A stretch of 64,000 nt of DNA from Clostridiales bacterium (GTDB lineage: Bacteria > Bacillota > Clostridia > Lachnospirales > UBA12420): assembly GCA_003452395.1 (NCBI GenBank), contig DMOI01000041.1, positions 8,362 to 72,361 of the forward strand. The letters run 5' to 3'. Made by a program: the position numbers and the translations under genes. How positions within the stretch are numbered: the stretch's first letter is position 1; the number at the start of each line of letters is the position of its first letter. Below are positions 1 to 10,957 of this stretch, in pieces. A model generated the notes under the pieces. It did not search any database and was not told the DNA's origin. It was given only the letters and a program-made list of their open reading frames with translations.

Positions 1-1073
1 AACTCTTCTCCATTCGTTTTTTCATCTTGCTCTAGTTTTGTTACTATCGCATCAAGCTTGGCTATGTGTACTTCATTATTATCTATTAAATCGTTTATTT
101 TACCTATAGCTTTAGTTATATCTACCTCATCTACACTTCCTATAGCAGGCATGTCCAAAACATCTAGATAATAATCAACTTTAGGATCATATATAAGTCC
201 CGCTACTGGTATCCTTTGTTTTGCAGCAAATATTATACCATGTAGTCTCATACTTATCATGGTTTTAAAATTTGCTGTTACCCCAAGTACTTCAAGTGAA
301 GATAGCTTTTCAGTTATCATATATGATTTATTTTTCATTTTTGCTATTATCTTTTCTGAAACTTTTTTGTCCTGTTTGTACTGCATATTTAAAAAAACTA
401 TATTCATATTTTTGTTTTCTACCACATAATCACATATTTTAGCTATCCTTTCTACAAAATAGCTTTCTTTATTTTTCCACTCCCTTACAGATACTCCAAA
501 TAGCTCTTTATCAAGTGGTATATTGTTTCTTAGAAGGACATATTTATAATCATCTTTATAAAGTCTATCAAGCCCAAAAACTGAGTCAGCTGTAACAAGC
601 ATTTTGGGTTTTTTTACTCCAATACTCTCCAAAAATTCTCTTGAAGATTCTTCTCTAAAAGTTATTACATCCACATTGTTTACTATTTTGCTAGTTAATT
701 TTAAATTGAATTTTCCTGTTATTGGTCCCACCCCATTTGAATAAAGTATTACCTTCTTACCTAACAATTTTGCTGCAAATATAACACTTAGGTAATATAT
801 GATAGATCTTTTACTTGATCCATCTTGAAGTAATGTTCCTCCACCACCGAGTAACAAATTACACCTTATTACCCTCCAAAGCAGACCAAATGGATTAAAG
901 CGATAAACCGCATTAACCCCATATAGCTTTCTAGTCGTCTTAGGTCCATTTGATAATACTGTTATATTTATATCTTTATTAATATTTTCCAACACATCTT
1001 TTATGGATATTAATATAGCATCATCACCACAATTTTCATATCCATAAGCTCCTAATACTAATATGTTTTTCAT
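1..1073 (-). CDS. csaB: polysaccharide pyruvyl transferase CsaB-like (3' end runs off the window)
   Basis: Absent from the ORF track because it is open to nt 1. My translation from ATG at 1073..1071 gives MKNILVLGAYGYENCGDDAILISIKDVLENINKDINIT..., with the GxYGxxNxGDDAIL N-terminus typical of pyruvyl transferases. The frame stays open to nt 1 (...KLDAIVTKLEQDEKTNGEE). Confidence 0.7.
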   Translation of the reverse strand, partial: MKNILVLGAYGYENCGDDAILISIKDVLENINKDINITVLSNGPKTTRKLYGVNAVYRFNPFGLLWRVIRCNLLLGGGGTLLQDGSSKRSIIYYLSVIFAAKLLGKKVILYSNGVGPITGKFNLKLTSKIVNNVDVITFREESSREFLESIGVKKPKMLVTADSVFGLDRLYKDDYKYVLLRNNIPLDKELFGVSVREWKNKESYFVERIAKICDYVVENKNMNIVFLNMQYKQDKKVSEKIIAKMKNKSYMITEKLSSLEVLGVTANFKTMISMRLHGIIFAAKQRIPVAGLIYDPKVDYYLDVLDMPAIGSVDEVDITKAIGKINDLIDNNEVHIAKLDAIVTKLEQDEKTNGEE

Positions 1074-1092
1074 TTTTATTCCTCATCTCATA

Positions 1093-2340
1093 CTAATTAT
1101 TTTGCAACGTTGTTTCTCGTTTTGTGGTCAATGCTGCTCCTATGCCTACAACGATCCAAAACATTCCCACTACTCTAAAATCCGACCAAGTGTATTCAGC
1201 AAATCCATTTACAAGTATCCCTAAAAATGCAGCAAGTATACCTAATACAATATACTTCTTAAATTTATCATTTTCCTGAACATAGTTTTTCATTAAATTT
1301 ATTATAACACTAAATACGAAATATGCAAATACTAAAAACCCAATAATTCCTGTTTCTGCAAGTATTTCGAGATATAAATTGTGTGCATGAAGCGCCGTTA
1401 AGTATTGATGCTTATAAAATAAATATATACCCGAAAATGCAGCAACTCCAAATCCAACACCTGTCAAGAAGTAATCTTTTATTATCTGTATTACATCCTG
1501 CCAAAGAGTCATTCTACTTGAAATAGAAGTATCCTTTGTATTAAAGCTAGTAAGTAATCTTTCAAGTACTCTTGGAGCAAATATAATCAAAGCAATTATC
1601 GCTACAGGTATCATTAATATTAAAGCTTGTGTGTAATTTAAAATTCCTATTGTAAGCAAAGATACTATCAGTCCAAGCAAAGAGGCTCTTGAGTAAGTTA
1701 CTAATAAACAAACTAAAATCACTATATTAAACACAGCTAAAATAGATTTATGCCATAACTTTTTCTTATACATCATAAACATTATGCCAATTGGAAGAGC
1801 TAATAATAAATATTGTGATAATATATTAGGATTCCCTAGGACTGAATACGCTCTTACTTGTAAATCTGGGTTTACAGTAGCATCTACCCACTCAGTTTTA
1901 ATTGGCTTTTCAATAAAAAATTGATACAATCCATATAAACTTATGGTTACATTTGAAATAATTATCGCTGTTATAATGTTTATATAGTCTTGCTTCTTTT
2001 CTAAAATTTGTATACATATAAAACAAAAGAGTAATCCTAACGTGCTTATAATAAGATCTGTTATACTCTTTATTATACTTACAGATGTAAGTGTGGTAGT
2101 AATCCAGACTACAAAAAGCATAGAACCTGATACGTCAAAGAATGTTCTTTTATATAACGGTTGCTTACTTGAAATTATTCTAAATACTATCTTAAGTGCA
2201 AGTAACCCAACAATTAAGCATAGTACTTGTGCCTGTGATGCTCTTATGAAAGGCAAAATTAAAACTAAAAAATACAAACAAAATTTTTCATTATATATTA
2301 GTAGTAGGCCGCCTACTACTAGCATCACTAGATTCAACAT
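1093..2340 (-). CDS. O-antigen ligase / Wzy_C-family polytopic membrane protein
   Basis: 415 aa with many hydrophobic helices. TYSRASLLGL and HAHNLYLEILAETGIIGF match the Wzy_C signature. Lies between csaB and murJ. Confidence 0.7.
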   Translation of the reverse strand: MLNLVMLVVGGLLLIYNEKFCLYFLVLILPFIRASQAQVLCLIVGLLALKIVFRIISSKQPLYKRTFFDVSGSMLFVVWITTTLTSVSIIKSITDLIISTLGLLFCFICIQILEKKQDYINIITAIIISNVTISLYGLYQFFIEKPIKTEWVDATVNPDLQVRAYSVLGNPNILSQYLLLALPIGIMFMMYKKKLWHKSILAVFNIVILVCLLVTYSRASLLGLIVSLLTIGILNYTQALILMIPVAIIALIIFAPRVLERLLTSFNTKDTSISSRMTLWQDVIQIIKDYFLTGVGFGVAAFSGIYLFYKHQYLTALHAHNLYLEILAETGIIGFLVFAYFVFSVIINLMKNYVQENDKFKKYIVLGILAAFLGILVNGFAEYTWSDFRVVGMFWIVVGIGAALTTKRETTLQNN

Positions 2341-2344
2341 AATA

Positions 2345-2758
2345 TCATATCACTTCACTCTCTATCCAATCTATATACATACTATAAATCATGCTATTTT
2401 TATACACTTTGAGTAAATTTTCGAAACATCTTGTGCCTACTTTTTTGATAGCCCTCAATAATATAAATAATACACTATCATTAGACCACCTAATTAGACA
2501 CCTTAATATATCTCCCTTAATTTTGTATGCCCTTATTATAATCCTATATGTTATACTATTTTCAAAATATTCATTTTTCTTGTTTTCATTAAATATAAAC
2601 CCTACTACATAACTATTCTTTAACATATTAATAGCATGATCTATCATTCTTTGTGTAATTATATATATCATACTATTTTGGTAATAAATTTTTATATTGT
2701 GCATGATGATAACTAGACCTGAGTTATTAACTATATTCATGTGTTTACAACTCCCCAT
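2345..2758 (-). CDS. hypothetical protein
   Basis: 137-aa ORF ending 5 nt before the Wzy-like start. No recognisable motif and no SD before the first ATG; an internal ATG at 2740 follows GGGGAG. Confidence 0.3.
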   Translation of the reverse strand: MGSCKHMNIVNNSGLVIIMHNIKIYYQNSMIYIITQRMIDHAINMLKNSYVVGFIFNENKKNEYFENSITYRIIIRAYKIKGDILRCLIRWSNDSVLFILLRAIKKVGTRCFENLLKVYKNSMIYSMYIDWIESEVI

Positions 2759-2847
2759 TTTCGCATATGTTAATCAATTAAGCCCGCAAGGTATTAAGAT
2801 GTTCTAGAGGACAGATTACTATTTGTTATTCCAACAAATAGCAACAA

Positions 2848-3345
2848 TCATTCTTTAACTTCTATATTATATATAGTACCTGCAAACTTTATTTTTGAAG
2901 ATTTTATTACTATAGATCCGCCCGCTTGCCAATCTCTGTTTCCCAGCATAAGACCTTTTTGTTTATCAAATTGTCCCATTCCTTTAATAGTAATAGTAAC
3001 ATCTCTTCTTGTTACTACCTCTGCACTCACAACTCTACCATCATCAGTAGGTATTTCATTTTTTGTTACATCCGTTTCTACATTTGTTACTTCACCTATT
3101 TCAGCGTTTAACGCATCTTCAAAAATTATATCTTTAACTTTAACTTGTTCAGCCATTTCTGGAAGTATTGCTTTTACAAGAACTTTAATTTCATATGCCT
3201 TTTTGTCTTCTAATAAGTTTACCTTGTTCATAAAATTAATCTTCATTAGTACTACCCCACCAATAGCAACAATAAATAATATAACAAGTAAGTCTATAAT
3301 ATTTATACTACTAAACAATCTTCCTTTTTCATCAATAATTTTCAT
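2848..3345 (-). CDS. DUF4330-like membrane-anchored protein
   Basis: 165 aa. The N-terminus MKIIDEKGRLFSSINIIDLLVILFIVAIGG resembles the DUF4330 family as I recall it. Confidence 0.5.
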   Translation of the reverse strand: MKIIDEKGRLFSSINIIDLLVILFIVAIGGVVLMKINFMNKVNLLEDKKAYEIKVLVKAILPEMAEQVKVKDIIFEDALNAEIGEVTNVETDVTKNEIPTDDGRVVSAEVVTRRDVTITIKGMGQFDKQKGLMLGNRDWQAGGSIVIKSSKIKFAGTIYNIEVKE

Positions 3346-3356
3346 GTTTTTTCTCC

Positions 3357-4934
3357 TTATTTTATTATGATTTTTGTTATTTTCTTAAACAACTCTCTTG
3401 TTTGTTTTACATTTAAAATATATGTAGCTAATGAGTAAACTAAAATCCCAAAAATAGATGCTACTACAAGACTTATTAGATTATACACAAAGTTGCTGTT
3501 TATAGCAATAACTTTGTTGAAATTTGTTAATAAATAATTTACTGAAAAGTACATTATTAAACTTGCTATAAGTACCTTTATCACACTCGATGCAATCTCC
3601 ATATTATTCCACCTTCCATACTTTATTTGGAATACTACATACATAACAATTGCATTAAAGGTTATTGCTATAGATGTCGATAGTGCAAGTCCTTTCATAC
3701 CTAGTGGTCCTATTAATATAATATTTAATATAATATTTAACAAAACACTAAGTATTGCAGTAATTGTGGGGGTCTTTGTATCATTTACTGAAAAATATGT
3801 CTTACTAATTATCTCCTGAAGTGCAAAGCCCACAAGTCCTAAACTAAAAAATATAAACGCCGATTGTGTGAGGTTTGCAGAGTTTACATCAAACTTACCT
3901 CTCATAAATACCATTTCAACAAAAGGACGACTAAGAACTATAAGCCCCAACTGTGCTGGAATCATTACATAAAAAATATTATTTATTATATTTTGAGCAT
4001 CGTTTTTGAATTCCGTAAAATCCTTAGCATTATAATTATCCACTAGTTTTGGAAATAAAACTGCACTTATGCTATAAATGAGAGTTTGTGCTATTGCTGC
4101 ATACATCCCATATCCATAGTTTAATGCAGATACTCTGCCTTCTGGCAAACTAGATGCAAACCTTGAATCAATTATTGTGCTCACACTATAAATCAAAGTA
4201 GAAAATAGTATCGGCATAAATAATATAAAAAATTTTCTTATATCTTTGTCTTTTACAATTCTAAAATCAAGCGCATACTTCATTTTATCTTTTACAGTAA
4301 AAGGAATTTGAATAACTAGCTGAAATCCCCAAGCAACTAATGTTGAAACTACTAATCCATATATACCATAATCTCCAACCCAAAACATTAAATATAAAAT
4401 CAAAAACATGTTAAAAGGTACACTCATTATGGAATAGCCTATAAAACTTTCCCTTGATTGAAGGACTGCTCTTATTACATAAGCCGCAAATATGATAATA
4501 CAACTTGGAAATAATATTTTTACAAAATCTATGGTCAACCCTAATCTTTCACCTGTGAATCCTCCTGCAATTAATGATGTGTATTCTTTTGCAAAAAGCA
4601 ATACAAGTATTGAAATACCTGCCGATATTATTAAGAAAAATGTAATTACCTTATTAATAAATTTATTTGCTTTTTCATTTTCTCCATTAGAATAATACTT
4701 TGTTATTATTGGTACAACACTCACAGTTATTGCTGCACCTATGGCCATAAATATGGTTATTGTTACTCTCTGAGCCATTTGATATGCGTCTGCCTCAACG
4801 CCTGTCCCAAAGTTACTCCCTATAAGTGCTTCCCTAACAAATCCTAAGAGTTTGGTTGCAACAGTTAGTATTAGAACAATTATAACTGAATTTAAAGTGT
4901 TTTTTCTTTTATTAATATTTGTTGCATTATCCAT
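3357..4934 (-). CDS. murJ: lipid II flippase MurJ/MviN
   Basis: 525 aa, ~14 TM segments. N-terminal region LGFVREALIGSNFGTGVEADAY is typical of MurJ. Confidence 0.85.
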   Translation of the reverse strand: MDNATNINKRKNTLNSVIIVLILTVATKLLGFVREALIGSNFGTGVEADAYQMAQRVTITIFMAIGAAITVSVVPIITKYYSNGENEKANKFINKVITFFLIISAGISILVLLFAKEYTSLIAGGFTGERLGLTIDFVKILFPSCIIIFAAYVIRAVLQSRESFIGYSIMSVPFNMFLILYLMFWVGDYGIYGLVVSTLVAWGFQLVIQIPFTVKDKMKYALDFRIVKDKDIRKFFILFMPILFSTLIYSVSTIIDSRFASSLPEGRVSALNYGYGMYAAIAQTLIYSISAVLFPKLVDNYNAKDFTEFKNDAQNIINNIFYVMIPAQLGLIVLSRPFVEMVFMRGKFDVNSANLTQSAFIFFSLGLVGFALQEIISKTYFSVNDTKTPTITAILSVLLNIILNIILIGPLGMKGLALSTSIAITFNAIVMYVVFQIKYGRWNNMEIASSVIKVLIASLIMYFSVNYLLTNFNKVIAINSNFVYNLISLVVASIFGILVYSLATYILNVKQTRELFKKITKIIIK

Positions 4935-4955
4935 TCTTATTTCTCCATTCTTCTT

Positions 4956-5921
4956 CTATTGTTTACTCCATATCCTCGTGTTCAAATTTAACTCCTCAAC
5001 TATGCTTATCGCAAACTGCAAATCTTCAAAATACTGTTGCATTGGTGCAAAATCGTATAGTGTTTTAAATACATCAGGTTCAAATAGATTTCTATTATAT
5101 TGGATTGCTATGTGTATCTTATCACCTTTAAACGATGCATAAACAGGTCTTCCTGTTTTTTGTTTAAACTTCTTCAGTCTATCCATTAGACTTGGTGTTA
5201 ATATGTATCTTGCTTCTATTTGGTCAGTGCTATACACTTCAAAAAGCTTTTCAAACTCTGGGTCTTCTAGTGCTACTCTATCTTTGCTACCAAACAGCCA
5301 GTTTTTTCTATAGTCAGGTATTACTTTAGTAAATCCAGTAAAATTTTTGTTGTAATCTGCTATAAAAAATAATCCCTTAAATATTTTTTCCACATGTCTA
5401 TTCTTCCCTGATCCGGTTTCTCTTTCTGCATCTATTTCTGAAAATTCTATATTTGTTCCTTTTCTTTCTTGTGTTTTTTCAAGACATTCTTCATCAACAA
5501 TAAACCCCCGAACATAATCGTCTCCTGAATACCTATTTGGAATAGTATTAAATATCTTACAATCTTCAAAAATTGATTGACGAATACAGCATGCTTTTTC
5601 ATATTTAAAATTACTATCAAAAAAAGTTACTATTCTTTCTATTATTTTATCCTTAAACTCTGAAACATATGATTTTTTGAACCAATATAGTATTATACCA
5701 CACAAAAATATATACCCAACTATTATAAATTGAATTGCATCACCACCCATATTAAATATAAAGCTATGTCCAACTATTATTAAAAATATAGGTATGATTA
5801 TCATTATAGCAATGGCTACGGTACTCTTTCTCATCACTTTTATTCTTTCATTTTCCAATGGTTCTATTACTGGTTTTATTTCATTTTCAAAATAACCTCT
5901 AAACTCCTCTAATGTCTTCAA
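4956..5921 (-). CDS. DUF3137-like membrane protein
   Basis: 321 aa with two N-terminal TM helices followed by a soluble domain. The overall layout resembles DUF3137; this is recollection only. Confidence 0.4.
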   Translation of the reverse strand: MKTLEEFRGYFENEIKPVIEPLENERIKVMRKSTVAIAIMIIIPIFLIIVGHSFIFNMGGDAIQFIIVGYIFLCGIILYWFKKSYVSEFKDKIIERIVTFFDSNFKYEKACCIRQSIFEDCKIFNTIPNRYSGDDYVRGFIVDEECLEKTQERKGTNIEFSEIDAERETGSGKNRHVEKIFKGLFFIADYNKNFTGFTKVIPDYRKNWLFGSKDRVALEDPEFEKLFEVYSTDQIEARYILTPSLMDRLKKFKQKTGRPVYASFKGDKIHIAIQYNRNLFEPDVFKTLYDFAPMQQYFEDLQFAISIVEELNLNTRIWSKQ

Positions 5922-6039
5922 GATTTTTCCACCTTCCCTAATATAGTTCCATTATATATTCCTAATTTTGTGTATAAATTCATTTTATACTAAAACTCAA
6001 ATTTTTTCAACTATTATAGTAAAAAAGTAGGCAATTTTT

Positions 6040-6546
6040 TCAATTATCTGCTTTTTTATCTATATAATATCGTCGTTCTAAAACTTTTTTTTCGCACAGC
6101 ATTTCGAATTTTCCATCATATATAATATTAAGCAGGTCACTTGCACAACTTAATGCGTATAAAAGCTGTGTTTCTGTTATAAGCCCGTTTCTTCTTGCAT
6201 CTACTAGTTCATCTAAATCAACTACTTTAATTTTCCCATCTGGGTATACCACTACATCTACAAGTAAGTCTATCTCTGTATATACCTTTTTTTCGTCGTC
6301 AACTTCCACTTGCATTATATCACAGTAATAATGGTCAAGGTCTCCCTTTTGATTATATATTTTAGCTATTTTAAATCCTCTTTTTATATATAAATATGCA
6401 ATTCCTTCTTTAATATCCTCACGTTTATGTATTGGAACCCATTTGCTAACTAGTAACTCATCATCTAAATAAAGTATTTCATCACTTGATATATCAATTA
6501 CTTCATCAGGAATATATCTTTTTCGTATTAATGTTATGTCTTGCAT
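6040..6546 (-). CDS. DUF402 domain protein
   Basis: 168 aa. HYYCDIMQVEVDD...IDLLVDVVVYPDG matches the DUF402 core pattern. Confidence 0.55.
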   Translation of the reverse strand: MQDITLIRKRYIPDEVIDISSDEILYLDDELLVSKWVPIHKREDIKEGIAYLYIKRGFKIAKIYNQKGDLDHYYCDIMQVEVDDEKKVYTEIDLLVDVVVYPDGKIKVVDLDELVDARRNGLITETQLLYALSCASDLLNIIYDGKFEMLCEKKVLERRYYIDKKADN

Positions 6547-6579
6547 ATGTTTTATCCCCCCATTATGATATTTATTGTT

Positions 6580-7578
6580 CTACCTCACTTCATTTTCAAG
6601 TTCCTCACCTGCTCTATGTTTCCTTATGTTTTCTAGTGTTACGTGCGCAATACTGTCTAATGCTTCTTCCGTAAAAAAGGCTTGATGTGACGTGATTAAA
6701 ACGTTTGGTAGTGTGAGTAGTCTAGACAATACATCATCTTTTATTATCTCATCTGAATTATCCTCAAAGAAGTAATCTGCCTCCTCTTCGTAAACATCAA
6801 GTCCTGCATATCCGATTTTACCTGATTTTAATGCCTCTAGTAGTTCTACTGTATCTATAAGACTTCCTCTGCTTGTATTTATAATCATTACACCATGTTT
6901 CATCTTACTTATTGAATCTCTGTTTATTATGTGCATGGTTTCTTTCGTAAGTGGGCAATGAAGTGTAATTATGTTTGACTCTGTGTATAATCTATCTAAA
7001 TCAACATATAAAAATCCTTTCTCCTTTGCATAATCAAAGTTTGGATATGGATCGTATGCTAATATGTTTACGCCATATCCTTTTAATATATCAATCGTGA
7101 CTTTACCGATTTTTCCTGTACCTATTACTCCTACTGTCTTTCCGTGCATATCAAACCCTAATAATCCCTTAATTGCAAAATTATTTTCTCTTGTTCTAAA
7201 ATATGCTCGATGACATTTTCTATTTAGTGTCATCATAAGGGCTATAGCATGCTCCGCAACCGCATATGGGGAGTAATCAGGTACTCTCACAGCTTTTACG
7301 CCACTACCTAGTGCCTTCAAATCTACATTATTATACCCTGCACATCTTAATGCTATAAGTCCGACTCCATATTCTCTTAATTTTGATATTACTCGTTCAT
7401 TTACAGTATCATTTACAAAAATGCAAACTACATCATAATTCTTCGCAAGCTCTACCGTATCCTCATCTAGCTTGTACTCAAAGTATTTGATCCTTGCTTT
7501 ATGTTCTTCGTTATGCTTATTAAAAAACTCCATATCATATGATTTAGCATCAAAAAATGCAATTTTTGTTTTATTCAT
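6580..7578 (-). CDS. ldhA: D-lactate dehydrogenase / D-isomer-specific 2-hydroxyacid dehydrogenase
   Basis: 332 aa. Starts MNKTKIAFFDAKSYD, has the NAD-binding motif GVIGTGKIGKV, and a C-terminal TSHQAFFT catalytic His region. Confidence 0.85.
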   Translation of the reverse strand: MNKTKIAFFDAKSYDMEFFNKHNEEHKARIKYFEYKLDEDTVELAKNYDVVCIFVNDTVNERVISKLREYGVGLIALRCAGYNNVDLKALGSGVKAVRVPDYSPYAVAEHAIALMMTLNRKCHRAYFRTRENNFAIKGLLGFDMHGKTVGVIGTGKIGKVTIDILKGYGVNILAYDPYPNFDYAKEKGFLYVDLDRLYTESNIITLHCPLTKETMHIINRDSISKMKHGVMIINTSRGSLIDTVELLEALKSGKIGYAGLDVYEEEADYFFEDNSDEIIKDDVLSRLLTLPNVLITSHQAFFTEEALDSIAHVTLENIRKHRAGEELENEVR

Positions 7579-7739
7579 GAATCACACCTCCAACTTTGTA
7601 TTTCTTTATTGTATACTACTATAATAAAAATATCAATAAAAACAAATATATTATTTGCAATATTTTTGTTTTTATAGTAAAATAAACACGATAACAGTTG
7701 TTAGATATCAGATATGATTAATGAAAGGATTGAAATAAT

Positions 7740-8840
7740 ATGAAACTTGGAATAGTTGGATTGCCTAATGTAGGCAAAAGCACACTTTTTAACTGTCTCA
7801 CAAATAGCACAAATGCGGAGGCTGCAAATTATCCATTTTGCACTATCGACCCAAATGTTGGAATTGCACAAGTATCGGATGAGCGTTTAGCCAAACTACA
7901 AGCTCTTTACAAAGCACAGAAAACGTTACCTGCAATTGTAGAGTTTGTTGACATCGCAGGACTCGTAAAGGGTGCTAGCAAAGGCGAAGGTCTTGGCAAC
8001 AAATTTTTGTCGCATATAAAAGAGGTAGATGCAGTTTTACAAGTTGTAAGATGCTTTGAAGACTCTAATGTTACTCATGTTGAAGGTTCTGTAAATCCTA
8101 CCCGTGACATCGAGATTATAAACCTTGAGCTTATATTTTCAGATCTTGAAATAGTAGATAAGCGTCTACCAAAAGCAGAAAAAAACATGAGACAAGATAG
8201 ATTACTTGCAAAGGAATTTGATATGCTTAAAAGATTAAAAGAATCTCTTGAAAAGGGACTATTCGCGAGAACTTTTGAGACAGCTGATAATGAAGAATTA
8301 GAAATGCTTGAAACACTAAATCTTCTTACGTATAAGCCCGTTATATATGCTGCAAATGTTAATGAGGAGGACTTAGCAGATGATGGTGGGTCTAACCCGT
8401 ATGTTAATGCTGTCAGAGATTTAGCTGCAAAAGAAAATTCAAAAGTATTCGTTATATGTGCAAAAATAGAAGAGGAACTTGCAGGAATGGAAATAACCGA
8501 GAAAAAAGAATTCTTATCTGAGCTAGGACTTTCTTCTTCAGGACTTGATAAACTTATAGTTGCAAGCTATGACCTACTAGGCCTCATGAGTTTCCTTACA
8601 GCAGGCGTGAAAGAAGTACGAGCATGGACTATAAAAAAAGGTTCTACAGGACCTCAAGCAGCCGGCAAAATTCACTCCGATTTTGAAAAAGGATTTATTC
8701 GCGCTGAAGTCGTAAAATACAACGACCTTATAAATCTTGGCTCATATGTAGCTGCTAAGGAAAAAGGACTAGTCCGCATGGAAGGAAAAACATATATCGT
8801 TCAGGATGGAGATATTATAGAGTTTCACTTTAACGATTAA
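7740..8840 (+). CDS. ychF: redox-regulated ATPase YchF
   Basis: 366 aa. G1 motif GIVGLPNVGKSTLFN, and a C-terminal TGS-like ...IHSDFEKGFIRAEV. Confidence 0.95.
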   Translation: MKLGIVGLPNVGKSTLFNCLTNSTNAEAANYPFCTIDPNVGIAQVSDERLAKLQALYKAQKTLPAIVEFVDIAGLVKGASKGEGLGNKFLSHIKEVDAVLQVVRCFEDSNVTHVEGSVNPTRDIEIINLELIFSDLEIVDKRLPKAEKNMRQDRLLAKEFDMLKRLKESLEKGLFARTFETADNEELEMLETLNLLTYKPVIYAANVNEEDLADDGGSNPYVNAVRDLAAKENSKVFVICAKIEEELAGMEITEKKEFLSELGLSSSGLDKLIVASYDLLGLMSFLTAGVKEVRAWTIKKGSTGPQAAGKIHSDFEKGFIRAEVVKYNDLINLGSYVAAKEKGLVRMEGKTYIVQDGDIIEFHFND

Positions 8841-8875
8841 TGATAATAGTCATCACTATATATGCTAGACAAAGA

Positions 8876-8905
8876 GCGCATAAAACTTTTTTGAGTTTTA
8901 TGCGC
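8876..8905. terminator. hairpin between convergent ychF and spoVS
   Basis: Perfect 12-bp stem GCGCATAAAACT / AGTTTTATGCGC with loop TTTTTG. No clean U-tract on either side. Confidence 0.5.
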
Positions 8906-8943
8906 CCCACTACTTACAAATAACCTTTAGCTTACCTTACTTT

Positions 8944-9207
8944 CTACTTTCTACATTCTACTATTAATTTTACTGCTGTTCTTTCTTCTCCATCTATCTC
9001 TATTTCTGTAAATGCTGGAATACAAATTAAATCTATTCCAGCTGGTGCAACGTATCCTCTTGCAATAATTACTGCTTTTACTGCCTGATTAATCGCTCCA
9101 GCACCTACTGCTTGAACTTCTGCTGTTCCTTTTTCACGAATTGTATTTGCTAATGCTCCTGCCACGGAATTAGGATTAGATTTTGCTGCCACTTTTAATA
9201 CTTCCAT
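8944..9207 (-). CDS. spoVS: stage V sporulation protein S
   Basis: 87 aa. MEVLKVAAKSNPNSVAGALA is nearly invariant in SpoVS. Confidence 0.9.
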   Translation of the reverse strand: MEVLKVAAKSNPNSVAGALANTIREKGTAEVQAVGAGAINQAVKAVIIARGYVAPAGIDLICIPAFTEIEIDGEERTAVKLIVECRK

Positions 9208-9289
9208 TATTATTACCTCCTGGTATTGTGAAAATTTATTTTAAAATTATCTTAAGATTAAGAATAATTTTTTTGGCTGTCATTTGTAT

Positions 9290-10858
9290 TTATTTAGCGT
9301 ACTCTACTGATCTTGTTTCTCTTATAACGCTAACTTTTATTTGTCCTGGGTACTCCATAGAAGATTCTATTTGTTTTGCTACTTCTCTTGATAACACTAC
9401 CATTGCATCGTCATCAACTTCTTCTGGAATAACCATTACCCTGATTTCTCTACCTGCTTGAATAGCATAAGACTTTTCAATTCCCTTAAACGAATTTGCT
9501 ATACCCTCAAGTTTTTGCAATCTCTTTATATATGATTCGAGTGTCTCACGTCTTGCACCTGGTCTTGAAGCTGATATAGCATCAGCAACTTGTACTAACA
9601 CTGATATGATATACTTTGGTTCTTCATCTCCATGATGAGACGCAAGAGCATTCTTCACTATATCGTTTTCCCCGTATTTATTACACAACTCTAGACCTAT
9701 TTCAATATGTGTTCCCTCTTTTTCATAATCTACTGCTTTACCTATATCATGTAAAAGTCCTGCTCTTTTTGCCATGGCTACATTCTCACCAAGCTCAGCT
9801 GCAAGTAATCCAGATAAATGTGCAACCTCTATAGAATGTTTAAGTACATTTTGTCCATAACTTGTCCTATATTTTAGTTTTCCTAAAAGTTTAACAAGTT
9901 CCGGATTTATTAGTGTCACACCTAGCTCCATAAGAGCTTGTTCACCTGTTTCTTTTATTTCGTCTTTTATTTCTTTTTCAACTTTTGCGATAGTTTCTTC
10001 TATCCTAGCTGGATGAATTCTTCCATCAGCTATAAGTCTCTCTAAAGTAATTCTTGCAATTTCTCTTCTTACAGGATCAAATCCTGATAATATTACTGCA
10101 TCTGGTGTGTCATCTATTATCAAATCTATACCCGTTAGAGTTTCAAGTGCCCTTATATTTCTGCCTTCTCTACCTATTATTCTGCCTTTCATATCATCGC
10201 TAGGTAAAGTTACAACAGATACTGTGGTTTCTGCTACATGATCAACTGCACATTTTTGAATTGCACTTACTATCACTTCTTTAGCTCTTTTATTTGCCTC
10301 TTCTTTTGCCTTGTTTTCTTCTTCTCGTATTACCTTAGCCATCTCATGAGTCATATCATCTTTTACAGACTCTAGTAAATATACTTTAGCTTGTTCTGTT
10401 GTGAAATTCGACATTTTTTCTAGTAACTCTACCTCTTTTAATTTTAAACTTTCAATTTCATTTCTGGTTTCATCTAATTTTTCTAATTTCTTTTCTATTG
10501 TTTCTTCTTTCTTGTCAAGAGATGATGATTTTCTGTCAAGAGAATCTTCTTTTTGGATTAGTCTTTTTTCTGCTAATTGCAGTTCATCTCTTCTTACTTT
10601 AATTTCTTTTTCGATTTCTGATTTCATTTTCAGTTTTTCTTCTTTTGCTTCTAATATCATTTCTTTTTTTGTTGCTTCTGTTTGTTTTACTGCATTATCT
10701 ATAATTTGTTTTGCTTTTATTTCGGCACTTTCAATCTTCCCTTCAGCAAGTCTTTTCCTTATTACAATACCTGCTACGAAAGCTACTATTCCAGTAATTA
10801 TCGCCACTATCATCGTTATTAGTATATCGATGACTATCACCTCCTGTTTAAAGTACAC
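9290..10858 (-). CDS. rny: ribonuclease Y
   Basis: 522 aa: N-terminal TM helix, long coiled coil, KH ([12 protein letters not shown]) and HD (LLHDIGKA) domains. The track start is GTG with a poorly placed SD, so the exact start is uncertain. Confidence 0.93.
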   Translation of the reverse strand: MYFKQEVIVIDILITMIVAIITGIVAFVAGIVIRKRLAEGKIESAEIKAKQIIDNAVKQTEATKKEMILEAKEEKLKMKSEIEKEIKVRRDELQLAEKRLIQKEDSLDRKSSSLDKKEETIEKKLEKLDETRNEIESLKLKEVELLEKMSNFTTEQAKVYLLESVKDDMTHEMAKVIREEENKAKEEANKRAKEVIVSAIQKCAVDHVAETTVSVVTLPSDDMKGRIIGREGRNIRALETLTGIDLIIDDTPDAVILSGFDPVRREIARITLERLIADGRIHPARIEETIAKVEKEIKDEIKETGEQALMELGVTLINPELVKLLGKLKYRTSYGQNVLKHSIEVAHLSGLLAAELGENVAMAKRAGLLHDIGKAVDYEKEGTHIEIGLELCNKYGENDIVKNALASHHGDEEPKYIISVLVQVADAISASRPGARRETLESYIKRLQKLEGIANSFKGIEKSYAIQAGREIRVMVIPEEVDDDAMVVLSREVAKQIESSMEYPGQIKVSVIRETRSVEYAK

Positions 10859-10957
10859 TCCCTCCGACGCACTCGCGCCACCTCTCTCAAAGATGTAGAT
10901 ACTATATCTCCCCTCACTGAGGAAAACGTCACAATGGTGACAGAGGACGTGCCTATG

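Noticed and set aside
10859-10957. GC-richer recA-rny spacer with small palindromes (CCTCACTGAGG, GTCACAATGGTGAC) considered as an ncRNA or leader
   Set aside because: The stems are short (5 bp) and I know of no matching RNA family. It is probably a weak recA terminator or the rny leader, with insufficient evidence to annotate.
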